Below are positions 36,849-50,229 of a stretch of 64,000 nt of DNA, piece by piece. The notes under the pieces were generated by a model. The model was not told the origin of the DNA. It searched no databases and saw nothing but the letters and a program-made list of their open reading frames with translations. Source of the DNA: Dendrobates tinctorius (Eukaryota); contig NW_027362112.1 of NCBI RefSeq assembly GCF_039654945.1, forward strand, positions 372,001 to 436,000. The letters are read 5' to 3'. The translations under genes and the position numbers were made by a program. How positions within the stretch are numbered: position 1 is the first letter of the stretch; every line of letters begins with the position of its first letter.

Positions 36849-37101
36849 GTCAGGACTCTGCTGGTACACTGGGGATCTGTGATTATGCAGCCAGAGTTGA
36901 GTGAATAGGGTCGGAAACGATCACAGAATGTGAATTTGCCGTATCGGTCGGTCCCCTCCCTATTCGTGACGATTTTAGGTTTGACGATCGTTTCCGAACA
37001 CATTTGCTGATTTCTGCTCCTATTGACTCCAATGGTGTTCGGCTATGTTCACCAGTGAACGTAATGGGAACAGAATATTGAAAAATGGGCAGAGCCAGTA
37101 C

Positions 37102-37246
37102 CTTCCTCCAGGAGATCCTGGATCTGGGTTGTGTGCTGGGACAGGAGGGCAGAGCGGGGAATCGAGCAGATCACTTCCCCTGCAGGGAGATCCTGGTGCG
37201 TCAGCACCCCATACCGCCAGACCGAGTCTTCTGCGCTCACATACAC
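37102..37246 (-). CDS. SETD6: SETD6 exon 3
   Basis: VYVSAEDSVWRYGV...AGEVICSIPRSALLSQHT; 145 bp. Confidence 0.93.
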
Positions 37247-37354
37247 CTGCAGAACACACAGAGACGGTGGCCATAGTGGGAGTCCGCCACTCCCCTGCAG
37301 TAGGGGGCAGTGTCACACCCAGTATGTCAGGAGCCCAAACAATACTCCACCCAC

Positions 37355-37435
37355 CTTTGGGTTCAGTTGAATGGAAACTTTTTGGCACCAGCTCAGAAAA
37401 TGTGGGAGTGGCGCCTCCACCTGCCCTCCCCCTAC
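37355..37435 (-). CDS. SETD6: SETD6 exon 2
   Basis: tttcag acceptor; PLPHFLSWCQKVSIQLNPK; gtgggt donor. Confidence 0.9.
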
Positions 37436-37484
37436 CTGAAAACAAAGGAAAAACCAACCTGGGAAACACAGTACTGGTGTCATA

Positions 37485-40400
37485 TAACGCCCCCCGTGAC
37501 GCCGTAACCTAACGCCCCCCCCGTGACGCCATAACCTAACGCCCCCCCGTGACGCCATAACCTAACGCCCCCCCCGTGACGCCGTAACCTAACGCCCCCC
37601 CGTGACGCCATAACCTAACGCCGACGTCGTAACCTAACGCCCCCCGTGACGTCGTAACCTAACGCCCCCCGTGACGTCGTAACCTAACGCCCCCCCGTAA
37701 CCTCGTAACCTAACGCCCCCCGTGACGTCGTAACCTAACGCCCCCCCCGTGACGCCATAACCTAACGCCGACGTCGTAACCTAACGCCCCCCGTGACGTC
37801 GTAACCTAACGCCCCCGTGACGTCGTAACCTAACGCCCCCCCGTAACCTCGTAACCTAACGCCCCCCGTGACGCCGTAACCTAACGCCCCCCCCGTGACG
37901 CCATAACCTAACGCCGACGTCGTAACCTAACGCCCCCCGTGACGTCATAACCTAACGCCCCCCCGTAACCTAACGCCCCCCCCGTGACGTCGTAACCTAA
38001 CGCCCCCCCGTGACGCCGTAACCTAACGCCCCCCCCGTGACGCCGTAACCTAACGCCCCCCCCCGTGACGTCGTAACCTAACGCCCCCCCGTAACCTCGT
38101 AACCTAACGCCCCCCGTGACGCCGTAACCTAACGCCCCCCCCGTGACGCCATAACCTAACGCCGACGTCGTAACCTAACGCCCCCCGTGACGTCGTAACC
38201 TAACGCCCCCCGTGACGTCATAACCTAACGCCCCCCCCGTGACGCCGTAACCTAACGCCCCCCCGTGACGCCGTAACCTAACGCCCCCCCGTGACGCCGT
38301 AACCTAACGCCCCCCCGTGACGCCGTAACCTAACGCCCCCCCGTGACGTCGTAACCTAACGCCCCCCCGTAACCTCGTAACCTAACGCCCCCCGTGACGC
38401 CGTAACCTAACGCCCCCCCGTGACGCCATAACCTAACGCCGACGTCGTAACCTAACGCCCCCCGTGACGTCGTAACCTAACGCCCCCCGTGACGTCATAA
38501 CCTAACGCCCCCCCCGTGACGCCGTAACCTAACGCCCCCCCCGTGACGCCGTAACCTAACGCCCCCCCGTGACGCCGTAACCTAACGCCCCCCCGTGACG
38601 CCGTAACCTAACGCCCCCCCGTGACGCCGTAACCTAACGCCCCCCCCGTGACGTCGTAACCTAACGCCCCCCCGTAACCTCGTAACCTAACGCCCCCCCG
38701 TGACGTCGTAACCTAACGCCCCCCCCGTGACGTCGTAACCTAACGCCCCCCCCGTGACGCCGTAACCTAACGCCCCCCCCGTGACGTCGTAACCTAACGC
38801 CCCCCCGTAACCTCGTAACCTAACGCCCCCCGTGACGCCGTAACCTAACGCCCCCCCGTGACGCCGTAACCTAACGCCCCCCCCGTGACGTCGTAACCTA
38901 ACGCCCCCCCGTAACCTCGTAACCTAACGCCCCCCGTGACGCCGTAACCTAACGCCCCCCCCGTGACGCCATAACCTAACGCCGACGTCGTAACCTAACG
39001 CCCCCCGTGACGTCGTAACCTAACGCCCCCCCCGTGACGTCGTAACCTAACGCCCCCCCGTGACGCCGTAACCTAACGCCCCCCCCGTGACGTCGTAACC
39101 TAACGCCCCCCCCGTGACGTCGTAACCTAACGCCCCCCCCGTGACGCCGTAACCTAACGCCCCCCCCGTGACGTCGTAACCTAACGCCCCCCCGTAACCT
39201 CGTAACCTAACGCCCCCCCGTGACGCCGTAACCTAACGCCCCCCCGTGACGCCGTAACCTAACGCCCCCCCCGTGACGTCGTAACCTAACGCCCCCCCGT
39301 AACCTCGTAACCTAACGCCCCCCGTGACGCCGTAACCTAACGCCCCCCCCGTGACGCCATAACCTAACGCCGACGTCGTAACCTAACGCCCCCCGTGACG
39401 TCGTAACCTAACGCCCCCCCCGTGACGTCGTAACCTAACGCCCCCCCGTGACGCCGTAACCTAACGCCCCCCCCGTGACGTCGTAACCTAACGCCCCCCC
39501 CGTGATGTCGTAACCTAACGCCCCCCCGTAACCTCGTAACCTAACGCCCCCCGTGACGCCGTAACCTAACGCCCCCCCCGTGACGCCATAACCTAACGCC
39601 GACGTCGTAACCTAACGCCCCCCCCGTGACGCCGTAACCTAACGCCCCCCCCGTGACGCCGTAACCTAACGCCCCCCCCGTGACGCCGTAACCTAACGCC
39701 CCCCCGTGACGCCGTAACCTAACGCCCCCCCCGTGACGCCATAACCTAACGCCGACGTCGTAACCTAACGCCCCCCGTGACGTCGTAACCTAACGCCCCC
39801 CCGTAACCTAACGCCCCCCCCGTGACGCCGTAACCTAACGCCCCCCCGTGACGCCGTAACCTAACGCCCCCCCCGTGACGCCGTAACCTAACGCCCCCCC
39901 CGTGACGCCGTAACCTAACGCCCCCCCCGTGACGCCGTAACCTAACGCCCCCCCCGTGACGCCGTAACCTAACGCCCCCCCCGTGACGTCGTAACCTAAC
40001 GCCCCCCCCGTGACGCCGTAACCTAACGCCCCCCCCGTGACGCCGTAACCTAACGCCCCCCCCGTGACGCCGTAACCTAACGCCCCCCCCGTGACGCCGT
40101 AACCTAACGCCCCCCCCGTGACGCCGTAACCTAACGCCCCCCCCGTGACGCCGTAACCTAACGCCCCCCCCGTGACGTCGTAACCTAACGCCCCCCGTGA
40201 CGTCGTAACCTAACGCCCCCCGTAACCTCGTAACCTAACGCCCCCCGTGACGCCGTAACCTAACGTCCCCCCCGTGACGCCATAACCTAACGCCGACGTC
40301 GTAACCTAACGCCCCCCGTGACGTCGTAACCTAACGCCCCCCCCGTGACGCCGTAACCTAACGCCCCCCCCGTGACGCCGTAACCTAACGCCCCCCCCGT

Positions 40401-43190
40401 GACGTCGTAATCTAACGCCCCCCGTGACGTCGTAACCTAACGCCCCCCCGTAACCTCGTAACCTAACGCCCCCCGTGACGCCGTAACCTAACGCCGACGT
40501 CGTAACCTAACGCCCCCCGTAACGTCATAACCTAACGCCCCCCCGTAACCTAACGCCCCCCCCGTGACGCCGTAACCTAACGCCCCCCCGTAACCTAACG
40601 CCCCCCGTGACGCCGTAACCTAACGCCGACGTCGTAACCTAACGCCCCCCGTGACGTCATAACCTAACGCCCCCCCGTAACCTAACGCCCCCCCCGTGAC
40701 GCCGTAACCTAACGCCCCCCCGTAACCTAACGCCCCCCCCGTGACGCCGTAACCTAACGCCCCCCCCCGTGACGCCGTAACCTAACGCCCCCCCCGTGAC
40801 GCCGTAACCTAACGCCCCCCCCGTGACGTCGTAACCTAACGCCCCCCGTGACGTCGTAACCTAACGCCCCCCCGTAACCTCGTAACCTAACGCCCCCCGT
40901 GACGCCGTAACCTAACGCCGACGTCGTAACCTAACGCCCCCCGTGACGTCATAACCTAACGCCCCCCCGTAACCTAACGCCCCCCGTGACGCCGTAACCT
41001 AACGCCGACGTCGTAACCTAACGCCCCCCGTGACGTCGTAACCTAACGCCCCCCCGTAACCTCGTAACCTAACGCCCCCCGTGACGCCGTAACCTAACGC
41101 CGACGTCGTAACCTAACGCCCCCCGTGACGTCATAACCTAACGCCCCCCCGTAACCTAACGCCCCCCCCGTAACCTAACGCCCCCCCCGTGACGCCGTAA
41201 CCTAACGCCCCCCCCGTGACGCCGTAACCTAACGCCCCCCCGTGACGTCGTAACCTAACGCCCCCCCGTAACCTCGTAACCTAACGCCCCCCGTGACGCC
41301 GTAACCTAACGCCCCCCCCGTGACGCCGTAACCTAACGCCCCCCCCCGTGACGCCGTAACCTAACGCCCCCCCCGTGACGCCGTAACCTAACGCCCCCCC
41401 GTGACGCCATAACCTAACGCCGACGTCGTAACCTAACGCCCCCCGTGACGTCATAACCTAACGCCCCCCCGTAACTTAACGCCCCCCCCGTGACGCCGTA
41501 ACCTAACGCCCCCCCCGTGACGCCGTAACCTAACGCCCCCCCCGTGACGCCGTAACCTAACGCCCCCCCGTGACGCCGTAACCTAACGCCCCGCCCGTGA
41601 CGCCGTAACCTAACGCCCCCCCCGTGACGCCGTAACCTAACGCCCCCCCCGTGACGCCGTAACCTAACGCCCCCCCCGTGACGTCGTAACCTAACGCCCC
41701 CCCCGTGACGCCGTAACCTAACGCCCCCCCCGTGACGCCGTAACCTAACGCCCCCCCCGTGACGTCGTAACCTAACGCCCCCCGTGACGTCGTAACCTAA
41801 CGCCCCCCGTGACGTCGTAACCTAACGCCCCCCGTGACGCCGTAACCTAACGCCCCCCCCGTGACGCCGTAACCTAACGCCGAAGTCGTAACCTAACGCC
41901 CCCCGTGACGTCGTAACCTAACGCCCCCCCGTAACCTCGTAACCTAACGCCCCCCGTGACGCCGTAACCTAACGCCGACGTCGTAACCTAACGCCCCCCG
42001 TGACGTCATAACCTAACGCCCCCCCGTAACCTAACGCCCCCGTGACGCCGTAACCTAACGCCGACGTCGTAACCTAACGCCCCCCGTGACGTCGTAACCT
42101 AACGCCCCCCCGTAACCTCGTAACCTAACGCCCCCCGTGACGCCGTAACCTAACGCCGACGTCGTAACCTAACGCCCCCCGTGACGTCATAACCTAACGC
42201 CCCCCCGTAACCTAACGCCCCCCCCGTAACCTAACGCCCCCCCCGTGACGCCGTAACCTAACGCCCCCCCCGTGACGCCGTAACCTAACGCCCCCCCGTG
42301 ACGTCGTAACCTAACGCCCCCCCGTAACCTCGTAACCTAACGCCCCCCGTGACGCCGTAACCTAACGCCCCCCCCCGTGACGCCGTAACCTAACGCCCCC
42401 CCCGTGACGCCGTAACCTAACGCCCCCCCGTGACGCCATAACCTAACGCCGACGTCGTAACCTAACGCCCCCCGTGACGTCATAACCTAACGCCCCCCCG
42501 TAACTTAACGCCCCCCCGTGACGCCGTAACCTAACGCCCCCCCCATGACGCCGTAACCTAACGCCCCCCCGTGACGCCGTAACCTAACGCCCCCCCCGTG
42601 ACGCCGTAACCTAACGCCCCCCCCGTGACGCCGTAACCTAACGCCCCCCCCGTGACGCCGTAACCTAACGCCCCCCCCGTGACGCCGTAACCTAACGCCC
42701 CCCCCGTGACGCCGTAACCTAACGCCCCCCCCGTGACGTCGTAACCTAACGCCCCCCCCGTGACGCCGTAACCTAACGCCCCCCCCGTGACGTCGTAACC
42801 TAACGCCCCCCGTGACGTCGTAACCTAACGCCCCCCGTGACGTCGTAACCTAACGCCCCCCGTGACGCCGTAACCTAACGCCCCCCCGTGACGCCGTAAC
42901 CTAACGCCCCCCCGTGACGCCATAACCTAACGCCGAAGTCGTAACCTAACGCCCCCCGTGACGCCGTAACCTAACGCCGACGTCGTAACCTAACGCCCCC
43001 CGTGACGTCGTAACCTAACGCCCCCCCGTAACTTAACGCCCCCCCCGTGACGCCGTAACCTAACGCCCCCCCCGTGACGCCGTAACCTAACGCCCCCCCC
43101 GTGACGCCGTAACCTAACGCCCCCCCCGTGACCTCGTAACCTAACGCCCCCCCCGTGACCTCGTAACCTAACGCCCCCCCCGTGACGTCA
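37485..43190. repeat. 5.7-kb ~25-28-bp CpG-rich minisatellite filling SETD6 intron 1 (GTAACCTAACGCCCCCCCCGTGACGYC)
   Basis: Tandem units read directly. Confidence 0.97.
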
Positions 43191-43203
43191 ACGGCTCCGG
43201 CAC

Positions 43204-43230
43204 CTTCCGTCTCTTGCTCTCCGCGCTCAT
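43204..43230 (-). CDS. SETD6: SETD6 first coding exon (MSAESKRRK)
   Basis: Resembles human MATQAKRPR; AAG|gtgccg donor; phase 0 joins exon 2; promoter motifs immediately upstream. Confidence 0.8.
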
Positions 43231-43400
43231 GCTCTTTCCTCCCCGCCACGTGCTTCCGTGTCACGTGTCCCACTGCGGCTTCCGGCGCAACAGAGCGTGC
43301 AAGAGTCACGTGGTGAACATAAGCCCCACCCTTCAGAGACGATTGGTTCCCGGACTGGGAGGCGGAGATTCCAACCGCTGTCACCTCAGGACTCCGTCCA
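43231..43400 (-). promoter_or_regulatory. SETD6 5' UTR and compact housekeeping-type promoter
   Basis: Three CACGTG E-boxes (43247, 43262, 43307), two ETS CGGAAG (43253, 43279), CACCC box (43323), CCAAT (43342), GC-box-like site (43357). Confidence 0.75.
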
Positions 43401-43403
43401 CAT

Positions 43404-46400
43404 AGAGAGAGCGGCACCTGGCGGCAGCTCCGTGTATGACACTGAGGAGAGAGCGGCACCTGGCGGCAGCTCCGTGTATGACACCGAGGAGAGAGCGGCA
43501 ACCGGCGGCAGCTCCGTGTATGACACTGAGGAGAGAGCGGCACCTGGCGGCAGCTCCGTGTATGACACCGAGGAGAGAGCGGCACCCGGCGGCAGCTCCG
43601 TGTATGACACCGAGGAGAGAGCGGCACCCGGCGGCAGCTCCGTGTATGACACCGAGGAGAGCGGCACCTGGCGACAGCTCCGTGTATGACACCGAGGAGA
43701 CAGCGGCACCTGGCGACAGCTCCGTGTATGACACCGAGAGAGAGCGGCACCTGGCGGCAGCTCCGTGTATGACACCGAGGAGAGAGCGGCACCTGGCGAC
43801 AGCTCCGTGTATGACACCGAGAGAGAGCGGCACCCGGCGGCAGCTCCGTGTATGACACCGAGGAGAGAGAGCGGCACCTGGCGGCAGCTCCGTGTATTAC
43901 ACAGAGGGGAGAGAGCGGCACCTGGCGGCAGCTCCGTGTATGACACAGAGGAGAGAGAGCGGCACCTGGCGACAGCTCCGTGTATGACACCGAGGAGAGA
44001 GCGGCACCTGGCACCAGCTCCGTGTATTACAGAGGGGAGAGAGCGGCACCCGGCGGCAGCTCCGTGTATGACACCGAGGAGAGAGAGCGGCACCTGTCAC
44101 CAGCTCCGTGTATTACACAGAGGGGAGAGAGCGGCACCTGGCGGCAGCTCCGTGTATGACACCGAGGAGAGAGAGCGGCACCTGGCGACAGCTCCGTGTA
44201 TGACACCGAGGAGAGAGCGGCACCTGGCACCAGCTCCGTGTATTACACAGAGGGGAGAGAGCGGCACCCGGCGGCAGCTCCGTGTATGACACCGAGGAGA
44301 GAGCGGCACCTGGCGACAGCTCCGTGTATGACACCGAGAGAGAGCGGCACCTGGCGGCAGCTCCGTGTATGACACCGAGGAGAGAGCGGCACCCGGCGGC
44401 AGCTCCGTGTATGACACTGAGGAGAGAGCGGCACCCGGCGGCAGCTCCGTGTATGACACCGAGAGCGGCACCCGGCGGCAGCTCCGTGTATGACACCGAG
44501 GAGAGAGCGGCACCTGGCGACAGCTCCGTGTATGACACCGAGAGAGCGGCACCCGGCGGCAGCTCCGTGTATGACACCGAGGAGAGCGGCACCCGGCAGC
44601 AGCTCCGTGTATGACACCGAGGAGAGAGCGGCACCCGGCGGCAGCTCCGTGTATGACACCGAGGAGAGAGAGCGACACCTGTCACCAGCTCCGTGTATTA
44701 CACAGAGGGGAGAGAGCGGCACCTGGCGGCAGCTCCGTGTATGACACCGAGGAGAGAGAGCGGCACCTGGCGACAGCTCCGTGTATGACACCGAGGAGAG
44801 AGCGGCACCTGGCACCAGCTCCGTGTATTACACAGAGGGGAGAGAGCGGCACCCGGCGGCAGCTCCGTGTATGACACCGAGGAGAGAGCGGCACCTGGCG
44901 ACAGCTCCGTGTATGACACCGAGAGAGAGCGGCACCCGGCAGCAGCTCCGTGTATGACACCGAGGAGAGAGCGGCACCCGGCAGCAGCTCCGTGTATGAC
45001 ACTGAGGAGAGAGCGGCACCCGGCAGCAGCTCCGTGTATGACACCGAGGAGAGAGCGGCACCCGGCGGCAGCTCCGTGTATGACACCGAGGAGAGAGAGC
45101 GACACCTGTCACCAGCTCCGTGTATTACACAGAGGGGAGAGAGCGGCACCTGGCGGCAGCTCCGTGTATGACACCGAGGAGAGAGAGCGGCACCTGGCGA
45201 CAGCTCCGTGTATGACACCGAGGAGAGAGCGGCACCTGGCACCAGCTCCGTGTATTACACAGAGGGGAGAGAGCGGCACCCGGCGGCAGCTCCGTGTATG
45301 ACACCGAGGAGAGAGCGGCACCCGGCGGCAGCTCCGTGTATGACACCGAGGAGAGCGGCACCTGGCGACAGCTCCGTGTATGACACCGAGGAGACAGCGG
45401 CACCTGGCGACAGCTCCGTGTATGACACCGAGAGAGAGCGGCACCTGGCGGCAGCTCCGTGTATGACACCGAGGAGAGAGCGGCACCTGGCGACAGCTCC
45501 GTGTATGACACCGAGAGAGAGCGGCACCCGGCGGCAGCTCCGTGTATGACACCGAGGAGAGAGAGCGGCACCTGGCGGCAGCTCCGTGTATTACACAGAG
45601 GGGAGAGAGCGGCACCTGGCGGCAGCTCCGTGTATGACACCGAGGAGAGAGAGCGGCACCTGGCGACAGCTCCGTGTATGACACCGAGGAGAGAGCGGCA
45701 CCTGGCACCAGCTCCGTGTATTACAGAGGGGAGAGAGCGGCACCCGGCGGCAGCTCCGTGTATGACACCGAGGAGAGAGAGCGGCACCTGTCACCAGCTC
45801 CGTGTATTACACAGAGGGGAGAGAGCGGCACCTGGCGGCAGCTCCGTGTATGACACCGAGGAGAGAGAGCGGCACCTGGCGACAGCTCCGTGTATGACAC
45901 CGAGGAGAGAGCGGCACCTGGCACCAGCTCCGTGTATTACACAGAGGGGAGAGAGCGGCACCCGGCGGCAGCTCCGTGTATGACACCGAGGAGAGAGCGG
46001 CACCTGGCGACAGCTCCGTGTATGACACCGAGAGAGAGCGGCACCTGGCGGCAGCTCCGTGTATGACACCGAGGAGAGAGCGGCACCCGGCGGCAGCTCC
46101 GTGTATGACACCGAGGAGAGAGCGGCACCCGGCGGCAGCTCCGTGTATGACACCGAGAGCGGCACCCGGCGGCAGCTCCGTGTATGACACCGAGGAGAGA
46201 GCGGCACCTGGCGACAGCTCCGTGTATGACACCGAGAGAGCGGCACCCGGCGGCAGCTCCGTGTATGACACCGAGGAGAGCGGCACCCGGCAGCAGCTCC
46301 GTGTATGACACCGAGGAGAGAGCGGCACCTGGCACCAGCTCCGTGTATTACACAGAGGGGAGAGAGCGGCACCTGGCGGCAGCTCCGTGTATGACACCGA

Positions 46401-49204
46401 GGGGAGAGAGAGCGGCACCTGGTTGCAGCTCCGTGTATGACACCGAGGAGAGAGAGCGGCATATGGCGGCAGCTCCGTGTATGACACCGAGGAGAGAGAG
46501 CGGCACCCGGCGGCAGCTCCGTGTATGACACCGAGGAGAGAGAGCGGCACCCGGCGGCAGCTCCGTGTATGACACCGAGGAGAGAGCGGCACCTGGCGAC
46601 AGCTCCGTGTATGACACCGAGAGAGCGGCACCCGGCGGCAGCTCCGTGTATGACACCGAGGAGAGCGGCACCCGGCGGCAGCTCCGTGTATAACACCGAG
46701 GAGAGAGCGGCACCTGGCACCAGCTCCGTGTATTACACAGAGGGGAGAGAGCGGCACCTGGCGGCAGCTCCGTGTATGACACCGAGGGGAGAGAGAGAGC
46801 GGCACCTGGTTGCAGCTCCGTGTATGACACCGAGGAGAGAGAGCGGCATATGGCGGCAGCTCTGTGTATGACACCGAGGAGAGAGAGCGGCACCCGGCGG
46901 CAGCTCCGTGTATGACACCGAGGAGAGAGAGCGGCACCCGGCGGCAGCTCCGTGTATGACCCGAGGAGAGAGAGCGGCACCTGGCCGCAGCTCCGTGTAT
47001 GACACCGAGGAGAGAGAGCGACACCTGGCGGCAGCTCCATGTATGACACCGAGAGAGCGGCACCTGGCGGCAGCTCCCTGTATGACATCGAGGAGAGAGC
47101 GGTACCTGGCGGCAGCTCCCTGTATGACACCGAGGTGAGAGAGAGCGGCACCTGGCCGCAGCTCCGTGTATGACAACGAGGACAGAGAGCGGCACCTGGC
47201 GGCAGCTCCGTGTATGACGAGGACAGAGAGCGGCACCTGGCGGCAGCTCCGTGTATGACACCGAGGAGAGATAGCGGCACCTGGCAGCAGCTCCGTGTAT
47301 GATACCGAAGAGAGAGAGCGGCACCTGGCGGCAGCTCCTTGTATGACACCGAGGAGAGAGAGCGGCACCCAGCGGCAGCTCCGTGTATGATACCGAAGAG
47401 AGAGCGGCACCCGGCGGCAGCTCCGTGTATGACACCGAGGAAAGAGAGCGGCACCCGGCGGCAGCTCCGTGTATGACACCAAGGAAAGAGAGCAGCACCT
47501 GGCGGCAGCTCTGTGTATGACGCCGAGAGAGCGGCACTCGGCGGCAGCTCCGTGTATGACACCGAGGAAAGAGCAGCATCCGGCGACAGCTCCGTGTATG
47601 ACACCGAGGATAGAGCGGCACCCGGCGGCAGCTCCGTGTATGACACCGAGGAGAGATAGCGGCACCTGGCAGCAGCGTCGTGTATGATACCGAAGAGAGC
47701 GGCACCTGGCGGCAGCTCCTTGCATGACACCGAGGAGAGAGAGCGGCACCCGGCGGCAGCTCCGTGTATGACACCGAGGAGAGAGAGCGGCACCCGGCGG
47801 CAGCTCCGTGTATGACACCGAGGAGAGAGAGCGGCACCCGGCGGCAGCTCCGTGTATGACACCGAGGAGAGAGAGCGGCACCCGGCAGCAGCTCCGTGTA
47901 TGACACCGAGGAGAGAGCGGCACCTGGCGGCAGCTTCGTGTATGACACCGGGGAGAGAGCGGTACCTGGCCGCAGCTTCGTGTATGACACCGGGGAGAGA
48001 GCGGTACCTGGCCGCAGCTTCGTGTATGACACCGGGGAGAGAACGGTACCTGGCGGCAGCTCCGTGTATGACACCGGGGAGAGAGCGGTACCTGGCCGCA
48101 GCTTCGTGTATGACACAGATGAGAGAGCGGCACCTGGAGGCAGCGCCGTGTATGACACCGAGAGAGCAGCACCTGGCGGCAGCTCCGTGTATGACACAGA
48201 GAGAGCGAGAGCGGCACCTCCAGGACAGTGTGTCTGATGTTCTCAGTCAGGGCAGACGGTCCTGAGGTGGCACACTACATGCAGCGGTAATGGCGGCTGT
48301 AAGGCTATGTGCACACGTGCGGATCCTCCCGTGACAAATTAGCATTTTGTAAACGTAATTAGCATGCAGAATGAGAAACCTGGCACCAGCTCCGTGTATT
48401 ACACAGAGGGGAGAGAGCGGCACCTGGCGGCAGCTCCGTGTATGACACCGAGGGGAGAGAGAGAGCGGCACCTGGCGGCAGCTCCGTGTATGACACCGAG
48501 GAGAGAGAGCGGCATATGGCGGCAGCTCCGTGTATGACACCGAGGAGAGAGAGCGGCACCCGGCGGCAGCTCCGTGTATGACACCGAGGAGAGAGAGCGG
48601 CACCCGGCGGCAGCTCCGTGTATGACACCGAGGAGAGAGAGCGGCACCTGGCGGCAGCTCCGTGTATGACACCGAGGAGAGAGAGCGGCACCCGGCGGCA
48701 GCTCCGTGTATGACACCGAGGAGAGAGAGCGGCACCCGGCGGCAGCTCCGTGTATGACACCGAGGAGAGAGCGGCACCCGGCGGCAGCTCCGTGTATGAC
48801 ACCGAGGAGAGAGCGGCACCTGGCGGCAGCTTCGTGTATGACACCGGGGAGAGAGCGGTACCTGGCCGCAGCTTCGTGTATGACACCGGGGAGAGAACGG
48901 TACCTGGCGGCAGCTCCGTGTATGACACCGAGGAGAGAGCGGCACCTGGCGGCAGCTTCGTGTATGACACCGGGGAGAGAGCGGTACCTGGCCGCAGCTT
49001 CGTGTATGACACCGGGGAGAGAACGGTACCTGGCGGCAGCTCCGTGTATGACACCGGGGAGAGAGCGGTACCTGGCCGCAGCTTCGTGTATGACACAGAT
49101 GAGAGAGAGCGGCACCTGGAGGCAGCGCCGTGTATGACACCGAGAGAGCAGCACCTGGCGGCAGCTCCGTGTATGACACAGAGAGAGCGAGAGCGGCACC
49201 TCCA
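43404..49204. repeat. ~42-bp minisatellite upstream of SETD6 (GAGAGAGCGGCACCTGGCGGCAGCTCCGTGTATGACACCGAG)
   Basis: Tandem units with higher-order blocks; interrupted at about 48222-48378 by a duplicated flank. Confidence 0.96.
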
Positions 49205-49284
49205 GGACAGTGTGTCTGATGTTCTCAGTCAGGGCAGACGGTCCTGAGGTGGCACACTACATGCAGCGGTAATGGCGGCTGTAA

Positions 49285-49920
49285 GGCTATGCGCACACGT
49301 GCGGATCCTCCCGTGACAAATTAGCATTTTGTAAACGTAATTAGCATGCAGAATGAGAAATGCTCGCTAACGTCATCAATAGTAAAAGATATTTTTTACA
49401 TTCTAAGAATATTTTTTGTTTTTATTATTCTCACCTTCCGACGGCCCCCGCAGCCTTCCCGCCTCTCTCCACGCTCCCGGCATCTTCCGGTCCCAGCGAT
49501 GCTGTGCGCGAAGGACCTGAGATGACGTCATCAGCGGTCACTGGCGCAAAGCATCACTGGGACCGGGAGCGTGGAGAGAGGCGGGAAGGCTGCGGGAGCC
49601 GTCGGAAGGTGAGAATAACAATATTTTTTATTTTCTCTTTTTTACAGGATCATGGTACCCAGCACATAGTCTCCGCCACACCCTGGGTACCAGCCGCACA
49701 TGATGCGCTCACCTCATACATGGTGAGCGTTTCGCTGCAATCCTAGGGGTGCGGATTTTGCCGCGATTCCGTAAGAATGAACATCCCGGGGATTTTTTCC
49801 GCTTTGCGTTTCCGCAGCATTAGCACAGCATTGCAGAATCCCATAGAATGCGTTTATTTTGCGTTTTCGCGGTGATTCTGCACATAAAAAAACGCAAAAC
49901 CGCTACGTGTGAACACAGCC
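49285..49920. mobile_element. PIF/Harbinger-like MITE
   Basis: TAA TSD (49282-49284, 49921-49923); TIRs GGCTATGCGCACACGT / ACGTGTGAACACAGCC; long internal palindrome 49425-49618. Confidence 0.85.
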
Positions 49921-50229
49921 TAAGCCTGCGGCCGGCGGCTCCATGGCGCCATAATGTGTGCTCTGCTACAGCCGACAATTTAGCGCGTACAGAAGAAAGC
50001 CACGTACAGTAAGACAATGCTTATCGGATATACAATAAGATAATGAAAAGCAAAATATTATTTAAAAATGGATTTACATGGTTGAGATGGATAACCGGTC
50101 AGAGAAAGGAGGCTGCACAGCTACATGATGTCACAGAGGGAGGTGATGACGCTCAGTATAATGTGGAGGAATATGAAAAACAAAAACAACCACCACTGGT
50201 GAGTAATACTGCAACGGTCCCAGAAGACC

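Noticed and set aside
37247-37354. Longer SETD6 isoform by retention of the 108-bp intron 2
   Set aside because: Contains an in-frame TGA at 37313-37315
37485-43190. Telomeric repeat (TAACCTAAC resembles TTAGG/TTAGGG)
   Set aside because: No tandem TTAGGG; the motif is only part of a 27-bp unit
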